From an uncultured candidate division Zixibacteria bacterium (GTDB lineage: Bacteria > Zixibacteria > MSB-5A5 > UBA10806): 64,000 bases of DNA. The DNA lies in the NCBI GenBank assembly GCA_963817915.1, contig CAWFQL010000011.1:224001-288000 (forward strand), read 5' to 3'. Below are positions 10,454-19,588 of this stretch, piece after piece; position 1 is the stretch's first letter, and each line of letters begins with the position of its first letter. Under the pieces are notes generated by a model. That model saw only the letters and a list, made by a program, of their open reading frames with translations, ran no database searches and was not told the origin of the DNA. A program made the translations under genes and the position numbers.

Positions 10454-11241
10454 TGTCGTTAACAATGGCAAAAGGTGTTGCCTTTCTATCCGGCTCCGGA
10501 GGCTCTGGAAGAACTACGGTCGCTTCCAATCTGGCGTTCTACGCGAGCCGGAAAAGAAGAAAAGCCTTGCTTGTTGATTTCTGTTTTGGATGGAATGGTA
10601 TCGATTTCGGATTGCCGGAGCTGCCTGATTATAATCGTATAATCAACACCCGCGAGGACATCCGAAATTCTGTTTTGCATACCGAGTATGGTTTCGATGT
10701 TCTGACTTGCACTCCGCCTGAAATTCTCGATCCCAAATTGGAGGATATGCGGAAGCTGGCCAAGCATGTCAATGAACTCGGCAAGCAATACGATTATCTG
10801 ATAATTGATCCACCCTCGGGCGGTCATCCATTGGCGCTTCTTGCCGCAGGATTGTGCGAGCAGATTTGCCTTTTGACCAGGCCCGATGCTTCATCAGTAG
10901 CGACCTCATACAGCCTGCTGAAATCCTTGAATACCGAAGGGCTATTCTCGAGGACGAAGTTGATTTTCAATCTCGTGGAGTCGCCGGATCACGCGCTGTC
11001 ATTGAGAAACCGTTTCGATATCATCACCAGGCAATTCCTCGGGTTGAGCGTCGAAGACGGTGGATTCATATTCAAGCGCGCTTCTCAGCCATCGGATGAT
11101 CTTTACATCAATGAATTCAACGAAGAATCACAAGCATCTCTAAGCAACATTAATCTTGGGGAATTGTTCGTGTTACAGGATGAAACAAGGCCTGTCGAAT
11201 CATTAACGAATGTTCCAGAATCGGTTTTTGAGAGACGATAA
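10453..11241 (+). CDS. flhG: FlhG/FleN (MinD/ParA-like) protein with a degenerate Walker A
   Basis: Lies between flhF and fliA. MinD-like layout (SGSGGSGRTTVASNLA, YDYLIID, S...SY..LK, IFN.V), but both Walker A lysines are replaced. Confidence 0.78.
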   Translation: MSLTMAKGVAFLSGSGGSGRTTVASNLAFYASRKRRKALLVDFCFGWNGIDFGLPELPDYNRIINTREDIRNSVLHTEYGFDVLTCTPPEILDPKLEDMRKLAKHVNELGKQYDYLIIDPPSGGHPLALLAAGLCEQICLLTRPDASSVATSYSLLKSLNTEGLFSRTKLIFNLVESPDHALSLRNRFDIITRQFLGLSVEDGGFIFKRASQPSDDLYINEFNEESQASLSNINLGELFVLQDETRPVESLTNVPESVFERR

Positions 11242-11278
11242 CCATAAGAGCAGTCAACTTTTATTGTAGGAAGAGGAT

Positions 11279-12037
11279 ATGGCCACATTAGCAACTTGGG
11301 AAAGATTTAGAAGAACTAACGACGTTGAAATGAGAACTAAGCTTTTAGAGGACTATCTGCCATTGGTGAAGAATGTCGCCGGACGTATGGCAGCGGGTTT
11401 CCCGAAATCCGTAGAGCTGAATGATCTCATCAATACCGGGGTTATCGGCCTTATTGAAGCATTCAACAATTTCGATCCGCAAAGAGGAGTCAAATTCGAA
11501 ACCTTCGCGGTCCCGCGCATCAGAGGAGCCATCCTCGATGAGTTGCGCGCGCTCGATTGGGTGCCTCGTTCTACCAGAGCCAAAGCCCGAAATATCGACA
11601 GGGCGATTCTTAAGCTCGAAGGAGAATTGGGTAGAGGGCCATCGGATCATGAGCTGGCGGCAACATTGGATATTTCAATGGAAGACTACCATGCGGCTAT
11701 GAAGGATGTCAGCGTAACGTCGTTGCTTTCGCTGGATGAATTAATTTGCCGGGAAGACGACAACAGGCAAGTACCACGAATAGAAACTATCGAAAACACC
11801 AACACGATCGATGTTTTAAGCGACATGGAAAAGCTCGAACTGAGAGTGTTTTTGATTCACGCGATCAGCAGCCTTACGGAACAGGAAAGGCTGGTTGTAT
11901 CGCTCTATTACTACGAGGAATTGACCTTGAAGGAAATCGGAGAAATAATGCTGATTTCCGAATCGCGAGTCTCCCAGATTCATACCAGAGCTGTAAATAG
12001 ACTTAAATGCATGATAAGGGACAAATTTGCCATCTAA
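11279..12037 (+). CDS. fliA: RNA polymerase sigma-28 factor FliA/WhiG
   Basis: YLPLVK..A, DLI..G.IGLIEA...FDP.RGVKFETFA.PRIRGAILDELR.LDWVPRS, LYYYEELTLKEIG....SESRVSQIH. Confidence 0.97.
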   Translation: MATLATWERFRRTNDVEMRTKLLEDYLPLVKNVAGRMAAGFPKSVELNDLINTGVIGLIEAFNNFDPQRGVKFETFAVPRIRGAILDELRALDWVPRSTRAKARNIDRAILKLEGELGRGPSDHELAATLDISMEDYHAAMKDVSVTSLLSLDELICREDDNRQVPRIETIENTNTIDVLSDMEKLELRVFLIHAISSLTEQERLVVSLYYYEELTLKEIGEIMLISESRVSQIHTRAVNRLKCMIRDKFAI

Positions 12038-12063
12038 AGGGTGAATTTCCGAAGGGATCAGGA

Positions 12064-12378
12064 ATGTCGGACAGGGTAGAATTAAATACATCGATTTCTG
12101 CCGCAGAAAGTATCAAAAGCGTCGGGCATACAAAAGATCCTCGGTCGGAAGAAGCCAAAAGGCAATTTGCCATGGAGCTTGACAAGAAGCTTGCAGAGGA
12201 AAAACAGAAGAATAAAAAGAAGAAAGACGAAGACGAGATAATTATTCAAGGCGATAAAAAACAAAATGAAGATGAAAACGACAAAAATAGAGAGGAACAC
12301 GAACATCAATCATCGTCGAGCCAGCAGGATGGAAGCAAAAAGCCGTCTCAGGGTAATACGATCGATTTAATTGTTTAG
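12064..12378 (+). CDS. Hypothetical highly charged small protein ending in a G.xID[LI].V motif
   Basis: ATG at 12064 within ORF 12007..12378; Lys/Glu/Asp-rich; ends KPSQGNTIDLIV. Confidence 0.6.
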   Translation: MSDRVELNTSISAAESIKSVGHTKDPRSEEAKRQFAMELDKKLAEEKQKNKKKKDEDEIIIQGDKKQNEDENDKNREEHEHQSSSSQQDGSKKPSQGNTIDLIV

Positions 12379-12388
12379 GAGGTTTAAA

Positions 12389-12784
12389 ATGTCAGGCATT
12401 ACAATCATAGCGGTCATGTCCATCATCAATGCCGCGCTGCTTTCGGCGATATTATATATTTTCGTTACTGAAAGCAAAAAGCATCAAAAGCTGATAGCGG
12501 AAGACCGGCAGAATCTCTATAGCTCGATTTCCGGATTAACCGATAAAGTCAAAAAGATATTCAAGGCTCCGGAGCCGCATTATTCCAATGAGATGACCGC
12601 GCAAACGATCTCGCCCAATATCGGCCTAAGCAGGGCGGAGATGGTTGTGCAAAGGCTAAAGGGCGGCGCTTCCCCGGAACAAGTAAGCAGAGAATTAGGA
12701 TTTTCTCGTTCTGAAATCGGAATTATCATGGCTACTGCCAAAACATCGAATAAAAATCATGAAACAGTCGCGGCAAGGCTGTAG
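12389..12784 (+). CDS. Membrane-anchored protein with a C-terminal HTH (DUF2802/DUF6115-like, flagellar-associated)
   Basis: AGGAGG SD before ATG 12389; N-terminal TM helix; C-terminal L..G.SPEQVSRELG.SRSEI.II. Confidence 0.65.
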   Translation: MSGITIIAVMSIINAALLSAILYIFVTESKKHQKLIAEDRQNLYSSISGLTDKVKKIFKAPEPHYSNEMTAQTISPNIGLSRAEMVVQRLKGGASPEQVSRELGFSRSEIGIIMATAKTSNKNHETVAARL

Positions 12785-12845
12785 AAAAATCGAGTTTTGC
12801 CGATAGCAATAATGACGAAACACACTTCAATAGAAGGCAGGGTCT

Positions 12846-14030
12846 ATGGCTTATCAACAGCCGCTTTTTAATACCAAAATAGAATGTCCGATATGCAAGA
12901 CCTCAAATGAATTCGAGACAATAAAACAGGGTGCGTACACCGAATCGAACCGAGACACCGATTTCTGTCCCACCGGCGTGAACTGGGTCGATCCGGCATA
13001 CCAGAAATTTAACCCGTTATTGTTTTATACCGCGACCTGCAAGAGTTGTCATTATACACGCGAACTGAATGCTTCTTATAAGGACTGGCAATCCGATCCT
13101 AATTTCAAATCCTATCGTCTGCCCCAGCTCAAGGTCAAACATATGGAAGAATTGTCTCGGGATAATAGTTTCATCGGCCTTCTTGGAAGCCATATCAATC
13201 AGCAAACATTTCCCAGAGAATCCGCGATTATCAAATTCATGCTTTTGATATTCGATGAAGAACTTAATGAAAGAATGTCCAATCTCGATATAGCTCGTTA
13301 CTTTCTGAGAATCGCATGGCTGTACAGAGAAGAAAATCTCAAATCGAAAAATAAGGGCAGTATCCCTGGTCAGATGATCCTTAATCGTGTACAAACCGAA
13401 ATCGATCGTCTTAAGACTCTAATCGATGATTTTGGCGAAAAGCTTTTGCCTTTACACAAAATGGTGCTTTCCGATGATATTACGAATTCCGGTACGGATA
13501 AGAACTCCGCGGTTTCCGAGGGCCTAAGGGGAGCCTTTGGAAATGTGGAATCCTACTGGGAATCGTTGAAATCCGATATCACCAAATTGCAGACAGAATT
13601 TGAAATTGTGCGCAAGGGCATCATGGTGCCCGGCACAAATACTGTCGCGACAGAAAATGACCAATTTGGGAGATTCGCGACATTTGGAGAATTTCTTCAA
13701 AGGGCCAAAGAGCTTTGGGCGGAAACTCCATTGACCGAATTCGAAGCCATGACTAGGGCCCAGGATTATTACCTAAAGGCCTATCAAAACAGCAGGGAGA
13801 TCAAGAAAGGTCTCCAGCAATTGCAGGCCGCTTATCTTATTGCCGAACTCTCGAGAAGAACAGGCAATATGCCGCAGGCCAACGAGTATTTTAAAATTAC
13901 GACAAGGATGGCTCATGAAATGGTGACCAGGGAAAAAGACAAGGCCCTGATTGCTAACGCCAGGAAAATCCTTGAAATGGCAGTAGAGCAATCCCGCATC
14001 GTAAAATCGCCGGCAGGAGTTAGCGCATGA
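12846..14030 (+). CDS. DUF2225-like protein (zinc ribbon plus helical/TPR-like region) with a large central insertion
   Basis: CPIC..F...K.......RDTDF, NPL.F...TCKSCHY, LRIAWLYRE, YLIAELSRR.G...A..YF. Confidence 0.75.
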   Translation: MAYQQPLFNTKIECPICKTSNEFETIKQGAYTESNRDTDFCPTGVNWVDPAYQKFNPLLFYTATCKSCHYTRELNASYKDWQSDPNFKSYRLPQLKVKHMEELSRDNSFIGLLGSHINQQTFPRESAIIKFMLLIFDEELNERMSNLDIARYFLRIAWLYREENLKSKNKGSIPGQMILNRVQTEIDRLKTLIDDFGEKLLPLHKMVLSDDITNSGTDKNSAVSEGLRGAFGNVESYWESLKSDITKLQTEFEIVRKGIMVPGTNTVATENDQFGRFATFGEFLQRAKELWAETPLTEFEAMTRAQDYYLKAYQNSREIKKGLQQLQAAYLIAELSRRTGNMPQANEYFKITTRMAHEMVTREKDKALIANARKILEMAVEQSRIVKSPAGVSA

Positions 14031-14773
14031 TTGAACAGCGCGCTGAATCCATTGAACATATATCGCTCTGGGAGCGAGTGGTGCTTACCCTCCAACGTGA
14101 AGGTCAGCGTGCCGATTTTTTGACTCGGATTGAAGATATTAGAAAAGATTGTTTTAGACTTGAGATGCCAATCAGACAGAATGGCAGCTTGCATTTACAA
14201 AAGGGAGATGTTGTGGACGTTACTTTTAATAGAAAAGATGCCTCATACTCATTCAAGGCCAGCATTCTCGATCTCTTCGAGGGTGAAACAAAATCAATGA
14301 ACATACAAAAAATAACAGATACCGATAGAGTCCAACGAAGAAAGTATGTCAGGCTCGATATTTCGGGTGAGATGACCTACAAGGTCGTCGAAACATCAAC
14401 TTCCGGAGATGAAGGATTGAGTTCTGAAAAAGATGGAACGATCCTGAATCTTTCGGCCGGCGGAGTACTGTTTGAAGTTGCAAAAAAGATTAAAGTCGAT
14501 TCTATTTTGATAGTTGGCTTTGTTCTGAAAGAAAACCAGGCTCTAAATAATATCCTGGCCATAGTAAAAAGATGCGAAGGTTCCAAGGCAGACGGTTATC
14601 TGGTAGGAGCTGAATTCCTGACAAAAAATAATATTGCGCAGTACGGCCTCAATAAACTACAAGATTTTCTCCCTCCGGGCTCCGGCACATTCGACGAAAA
14701 TCTTCAAAAACTGATTGTTCAGTTCATTTACGATCAGCAGGTTGAACTGCGGAAAAAAGGTTTATTGTTTTAA
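14027..14773 (+). CDS. Flagellar brake protein, YcgR/PilZ family (c-di-GMP effector)
   Basis: N-terminal YcgR-like beta domain; PilZ motifs QRRKYVR (RxxxR) and NLSAGG (D/NxSxxG); C-terminal LIVQFIY..Q.ELRKKG. Confidence 0.9.
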   Translation: MIEQRAESIEHISLWERVVLTLQREGQRADFLTRIEDIRKDCFRLEMPIRQNGSLHLQKGDVVDVTFNRKDASYSFKASILDLFEGETKSMNIQKITDTDRVQRRKYVRLDISGEMTYKVVETSTSGDEGLSSEKDGTILNLSAGGVLFEVAKKIKVDSILIVGFVLKENQALNNILAIVKRCEGSKADGYLVGAEFLTKNNIAQYGLNKLQDFLPPGSGTFDENLQKLIVQFIYDQQVELRKKGLLF

Positions 14774-15330
14774 TGAATTACTGTTTTAAAATAATTGCAA
14801 TTTCATTTGTCGTTTTAATCGCTTCATTTAGTGTCCTGGAAGCAAAAAAGCTCAGCAAGAATATTTCTATATCAATTGGATATGAATCGGGCACGGATTC
14901 CCTCAAAGCAATGTCGCTGGCAGAAAATATCGAAAGAGAGCTAAGTCTATCGGGATATTCCGGTCAGCTTAAAATTGTAGAAAAGTCTGCTCCCACCGAC
15001 AGTTCCGAATTCAGGGCATATATTGAAGTGACCAAATCAAGTTGGGAGACCGGCAGGGCGTTCTCAATACCTTATATAATGAATCGCTATAAGCGAATAT
15101 TTTGGGTAGAGTCAATATTGGATATACCGTCGGCAGGGAAGAAGAAGACCAGATTTTATAAATCATTTGCGGTCAAACAATCATGCGGCGTACAAGCGCA
15201 ATTCCTGACGAATGATAAATACGATCCTGATCTTTTTCCGGATCAGAATGAAAAAATAAGAATGGAAGACGCAGGTTATCAAAAACTTGCGAAAGAGCTG
15301 GCGAAAGGGTTGAGTGAGAATCTAAAATGA
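14773..15330 (+). CDS. Hypothetical exported protein
   Basis: Signal-peptide-like N-terminus (…FSVLEA|KK); translationally coupled on both sides. Confidence 0.6.
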   Translation: MNYCFKIIAISFVVLIASFSVLEAKKLSKNISISIGYESGTDSLKAMSLAENIERELSLSGYSGQLKIVEKSAPTDSSEFRAYIEVTKSSWETGRAFSIPYIMNRYKRIFWVESILDIPSAGKKKTRFYKSFAVKQSCGVQAQFLTNDKYDPDLFPDQNEKIRMEDAGYQKLAKELAKGLSENLK

Positions 15331-15770
15331 CATACCCGATCGTATCAACATCAAGAGTCAGCGATTTGCGATTAAAATCCAGAAAGATTCTTGTAGTTGA
15401 TGACGAAGAGTTTGTCTGCAATTTGGTATCTACGATTCTCGAAAAATATCTTGGATTTGAGGTAAGTAAGGCAAAAAACGGAAGTGAAGCGATCGCGGGA
15501 GCGTTAACCGGCGGATATGACGCCGCAATAATTGATCTCTCCATGCCAAATACCTCGGGAATGAAAGCCATTAAAACTATCAAAACTATGTGCCCCAATT
15601 TCCCGATTATCGCCATGAGCGGAAAAACCCTCGATTTTCGTCCCTCAGAAATAGAAAAGGAACTCGGTTGTGAACGATTTTTACAAAAGCCATTTAAGAT
15701 ATCATCGCTAATACTTGAAATAACATCGCTATTTGATTCGGACGATAAACCGTCCGAAATGCAATTTTAA
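15327..15770 (+). CDS. Single-domain response regulator (receiver)
   Basis: ILVVDDE, phospho-Asp in IIDLSMP, AMSG, FLQKPF. Confidence 0.9.
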   Translation: MTYPIVSTSRVSDLRLKSRKILVVDDEEFVCNLVSTILEKYLGFEVSKAKNGSEAIAGALTGGYDAAIIDLSMPNTSGMKAIKTIKTMCPNFPIIAMSGKTLDFRPSEIEKELGCERFLQKPFKISSLILEITSLFDSDDKPSEMQF

Positions 15771-15783
15771 TAGCGTCTAAACA

Positions 15784-16635
15784 ATGGAGGGTTGGGTGAC
15801 CCGGAATTCTAATAGAACCGGTCCAGTCTCACTGGAACAAGAATTAAAAGTACTTTATGAAATCTCCGAGATGGTGCAGCAATCGGCTATCGAACCTAAT
15901 TCATTCGAGGAAATCCTCAAAAAACTTGGGAAGGTGGTCGATTATCGATCTGCTTCTCTTTTTACCATCTCCAAAAATGATTCGAAACTTGAGGAAATTT
16001 CGACAATCGGAAGACGAGTTGATCTGATCGATTTTGTTAAATTTGATCTGGGAACCGGCATCTCCGCATGGGTGGCGAAACAACAGCGGCCCATAATGCT
16101 GAATAATCTCAGGAAAACCAAGGGTGGCACGCATACCAGATCATTTCTCTCCGCCCCTATCGTTTTCGTCAACGAGACGGTGGGAATTTTAAACCTCGCT
16201 CACGATGAGCCCGAAGCCTTCACGAATAGGGACGTTGAAATAGTCGGAGTGCTTACTTCGACATTGGCTTTGCTAATAGAGCGAATCGACTATCAAAAAG
16301 AGCTTGCTCTCAAGACCGAAGAATTACTGGCCAAAACAACCGAATTGGAAATGGCCAAAAAGAAATTGCTTTCGGTCCAGCAGGTACAAAACACCAATGA
16401 ATTGGTTGTGACATTAAATCAGAAAATCAATAACCCTCTGGCGATAATTGCCGGCAACGCCCAATTTCTCTTGATGACGATGAAAAATTCCAGCGGCTCC
16501 GTTTTAAAACGGCTAAAAGCGATCGATAAAGAAGCGGCTAATATCCTCACGATTACGGAGCAACTCCGCGATTTTCATGCGGGCCACCAAATAGGCAAAA
16601 CCAATTTGGAGTATTCTGAAATCAAGAGACTCTAA
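15784..16635 (+). CDS. GAF domain plus coiled coil plus HisKA-like helix, lacking the phospho-His and with no HATPase domain
   Basis: GAF (G.GISAWVA...RP, RSFLSAPI....VGILNL....AFT..D). The H-box position reads LNQKINNPLAII.GNAQ, and the protein ends ~55 aa later. Confidence 0.8.
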   Translation: MEGWVTRNSNRTGPVSLEQELKVLYEISEMVQQSAIEPNSFEEILKKLGKVVDYRSASLFTISKNDSKLEEISTIGRRVDLIDFVKFDLGTGISAWVAKQQRPIMLNNLRKTKGGTHTRSFLSAPIVFVNETVGILNLAHDEPEAFTNRDVEIVGVLTSTLALLIERIDYQKELALKTEELLAKTTELEMAKKKLLSVQQVQNTNELVVTLNQKINNPLAIIAGNAQFLLMTMKNSSGSVLKRLKAIDKEAANILTITEQLRDFHAGHQIGKTNLEYSEIKRL

Positions 16636-16656
16636 ATTATTTGACATGTAATTCAT

Positions 16657-18388
16657 ATGAGATTGGCAACCGAACAGATTCAAGTGCCGGATATTGACGG
16701 CAATTTAGCCTTATTTTTTAAGCTAAATGATCAATATAAAATACAGGGGCTTCACGGCCATGAAATCCGTTTCGCTGGCAAGATTGCCGATGGTGAAAAT
16801 ACCAATGTCCCCGATATCCTGCCGATGCATTCTCAGGATGTAATCGAAGCCCTGAAGCAGGCATTCGCGGGAAAATCATCAAAAGTACGGTATAGCCTCA
16901 AAGCGCAGAATGAAATATATCATTGCGAGCTCCATTGTTTTCCCGATTTCGGTACCGACAACAAAGTGATAAATTGCTTTCTTACCGATAGAACAATCGA
17001 AGAAAATAATTCAGCCGGCCTGCAGAGGAAAATATATGAACTCGATATGATTAATCAGGCCGTGCGGGCGTTTGCCGAGACAAGGAATCTTTCCGATATC
17101 TTGCGAATAATCCTGCTTGGAGTAACTGCCGGTTCGGGGCTTGGCTTCAATCGCGGATTCATACTTCTTTCAAATGAAAACGGATCCAATCTAAGGGGAT
17201 GCCTGGCAACCGGTCCGTCAACTCCGGAAGAGGCTGGAATTATCTGGCAAAATCTTTCAAAAAATCCGCTGACGCTCGAAGAAGTGCTTCGTCTTGTACA
17301 AAGCCGGAGGCGACGATATCGAAGATATCCAGGTCAACAGGCTGGTAGCTTCGCTAAGGATTTCGCTTGAGGACGACGCGAATTTTATAGTCAACGCTGT
17401 CAAAGAGAAAAAATCAATTGTCGCGGGACCTGAAGTAATGCTCGGTGTTGCCAACGACGAAATACGAAAGAAATTCGGCGTGGAATATATGGCGGTCGTG
17501 CCGTTAATCTCGAGAGAGACTCTCCAGGGCGTGATTTTGGCTGATAATCTTATTACGAAAAAGCCTATAACCTCGAATGATATCAAAATATTGGAAATTT
17601 TCGCGAGGTATGCATCGGATGCCATCGAGAATTCGCGCCTTTACGGCAGACTCGAACAGCAGATTTCACGCCTAAAGGAAGCCAATGAAAAAATAATTCA
17701 ATCAAGAGAGAATCTGATTAAAGCTGAAAAATTGTCGAGTGTTGCCAAAATGGCTCTTGATGTAGCCCATGAAATCAGAAATCCCCTGACCGTGATTGGC
17801 GGATTCGCGAACAATCATCTAAGGAAAATCGGGCCTGAAGATGCTTCCAGAAAAATCTGCGAAATTATCTCCAAGCAAGCCACCAGAATCGAAAATGCGC
17901 TCGATCGATTTTCCAGCGTTGTCCAACTCAGCGAAAAGAAGGAGGGACGATTCAACCTGGCTAATCTGCTTAAAGAAATAATCGCAATGGTCTCACCCGG
18001 AGAAAATCAGGAAATTCCGAAGCTTATTATAAATTCCGACGCTGAGCCGATCGATATTTTTATCGACCAGGGATTATTCAATCAGGCGTTGATGGTAATC
18101 CTAAGAAACGCCGCCGAAATCGCCGGGGGTATCGGCAAAATCAGGATTCGCCTTGAAAGAGCCGAGAAATCAGGGCTGATATTTATCGAAAGCGCTGATT
18201 ATCATACAAAATTTGCCGAAGAGTTCTATAGGGTTGTTCGAATTGGCAGGGGAGAGATGAAATATCAGGAGATGGCCGTATCTCTGGAGATTCTCCAGTA
18301 TTACGGCGGCGGGATTGGGATGCTTTCCAATGATCAAGAGCGAGCCCGCGTCTATGTCGATATACCGCTTTATAAGGAGGTAAAATGA
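16657..18388 (+). CDS. GAF-containing sensor histidine kinase-like protein with a degenerate ATP-binding domain; split by a +1 indel near 17292-17296 (ORFs 16657..17370 and 17294..18388)
   Basis: GAF (GLGFNRGFILL…GVILADN), H-box AHEIRNPLTVIGGFA and N-box ILRNAAE are present; DxGxG and GxGLG boxes are absent. Confidence 0.8.
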
Positions 18389-18741
18389 AAAGTATTCTCA
18401 TTGTCGATGACGAAGAAGATATTCGTTCTCTGTATGAAAACGAATTGTGCGGTGAAGGCTATACCACTATTTCGGCCTGTTCCGGCGAGGAAGCACTGCA
18501 GGTAATTGATAAGACGCCTAATGTTGATCTTGTGATTCTCGATATTAAAATGGCACAGCTCGATGGACTTCAAGTGCTCGAGCAATTGCGCTGTAAATCG
18601 GCCAATATCCCGATAATATTGAATTCAGCCTATTCCACTTACAAAAATAACTTCAGCTCATGGCTGGCCGATGCCTATTTAGTAAAATCATCAGATCTCT
18701 CTGAGCTCAAAAACAAGGTAAAGGAGCTTTTGTCATTTTGA
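18385..18741 (+). CDS. Single-domain response regulator (receiver)
   Basis: ILIVDDE, LVILDIKM, LDGL..L, IILNSA, ADAYLVKS; AAGGAGG SD. Confidence 0.92.
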   Translation: MKSILIVDDEEDIRSLYENELCGEGYTTISACSGEEALQVIDKTPNVDLVILDIKMAQLDGLQVLEQLRCKSANIPIILNSAYSTYKNNFSSWLADAYLVKSSDLSELKNKVKELLSF

Positions 18742-19106
18742 AGATCGGCGAAGAAAAAGAAAGCAACGCATTACTCAAGCGAATCGAAAGCGTATCGAGC
18801 GAGATACAGCTTCTGGCATTGAATATCGCTGTCGCCGCCGCAAAGTTGGCGCATGAACGTGAACTGGGATTCGAAGTTAATCAAAAATTATCTCAATTGG
18901 TCAATCAGGCGACTCATGCGGTCAGGCAGTTGAATCAGGTGCTTAAGGCTGCCAAGACTGATATTAAAGTCGATGAAGAGGCCGATGGTGCCAACTCGAT
19001 TATGCTGGAAGATTCCCTGATGGAAAATATTGAAAACGCCATGAATATGATAATCGAAGACTCGGAAAGAATCACAAAACTGCTATCAGAAATAAAAAAG
19101 AAGTAA
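18738..19106 (+). CDS. Small cytoplasmic protein resembling a methyl-accepting chemotaxis signalling hairpin tip
   Basis: IESVSSEIQLLALNIAVAAAK…GFEV..KLSQLV aligns with MCP I..IA.QTNLLALNAAIEAARAG..G.GF.VVA.EVRKLA; no TM or sensor domain. Confidence 0.6.
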   Translation: MKIGEEKESNALLKRIESVSSEIQLLALNIAVAAAKLAHERELGFEVNQKLSQLVNQATHAVRQLNQVLKAAKTDIKVDEEADGANSIMLEDSLMENIENAMNMIIEDSERITKLLSEIKKK

Positions 19107-19111
19107 GAATT

Positions 19112-19519
19112 ATGAATAAGATTACAATTTTGGTCGTCGAGGATGAAAAGGATGTCAGGAATATCCTGACCGAAATTGTTTCTATGCTCGGATATAATTA
19201 TGATATGGCTTCCGATGGAATCGAGGCCTGGTACAAGATCCAGAATAGCGGCTATGATCTTATTATTACGGATTTCGGCTTACCTCATATGGACGGGCTC
19301 GAGCTTGTAGGCAAAGTACGAAATTCCGGTATTAAAACACCGGTGATTTTGATGGCAGGCATCGATATGAAATGCAAAAAGAAGGACCTGGGCCGGTTTG
19401 CCGATTGCGTATATATCGAAAAGCCGTTTACGATTGATGATATTAAGTCAATTATCAATAAATTCATAAATAGTGATTGCAACACAAACAAAAACCCGAG
19501 GTCTGATTGCCACAAATAA
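19112..19519 (+). CDS. Single-domain response regulator (switch Thr/Ser replaced by Ala)
   Basis: ILVVEDE, LIITDFGLP.MDG.EL, VILMAG, YIEKPF. Confidence 0.88.
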   Translation: MNKITILVVEDEKDVRNILTEIVSMLGYNYDMASDGIEAWYKIQNSGYDLIITDFGLPHMDGLELVGKVRNSGIKTPVILMAGIDMKCKKKDLGRFADCVYIEKPFTIDDIKSIINKFINSDCNTNKNPRSDCHK

Positions 19520-19588
19520 ATATGCCATCGGAATGGAAGACCCAAATTAATTGCCTGCGCTCGGGACTGTAAAAAAGAGGCAAATAAC

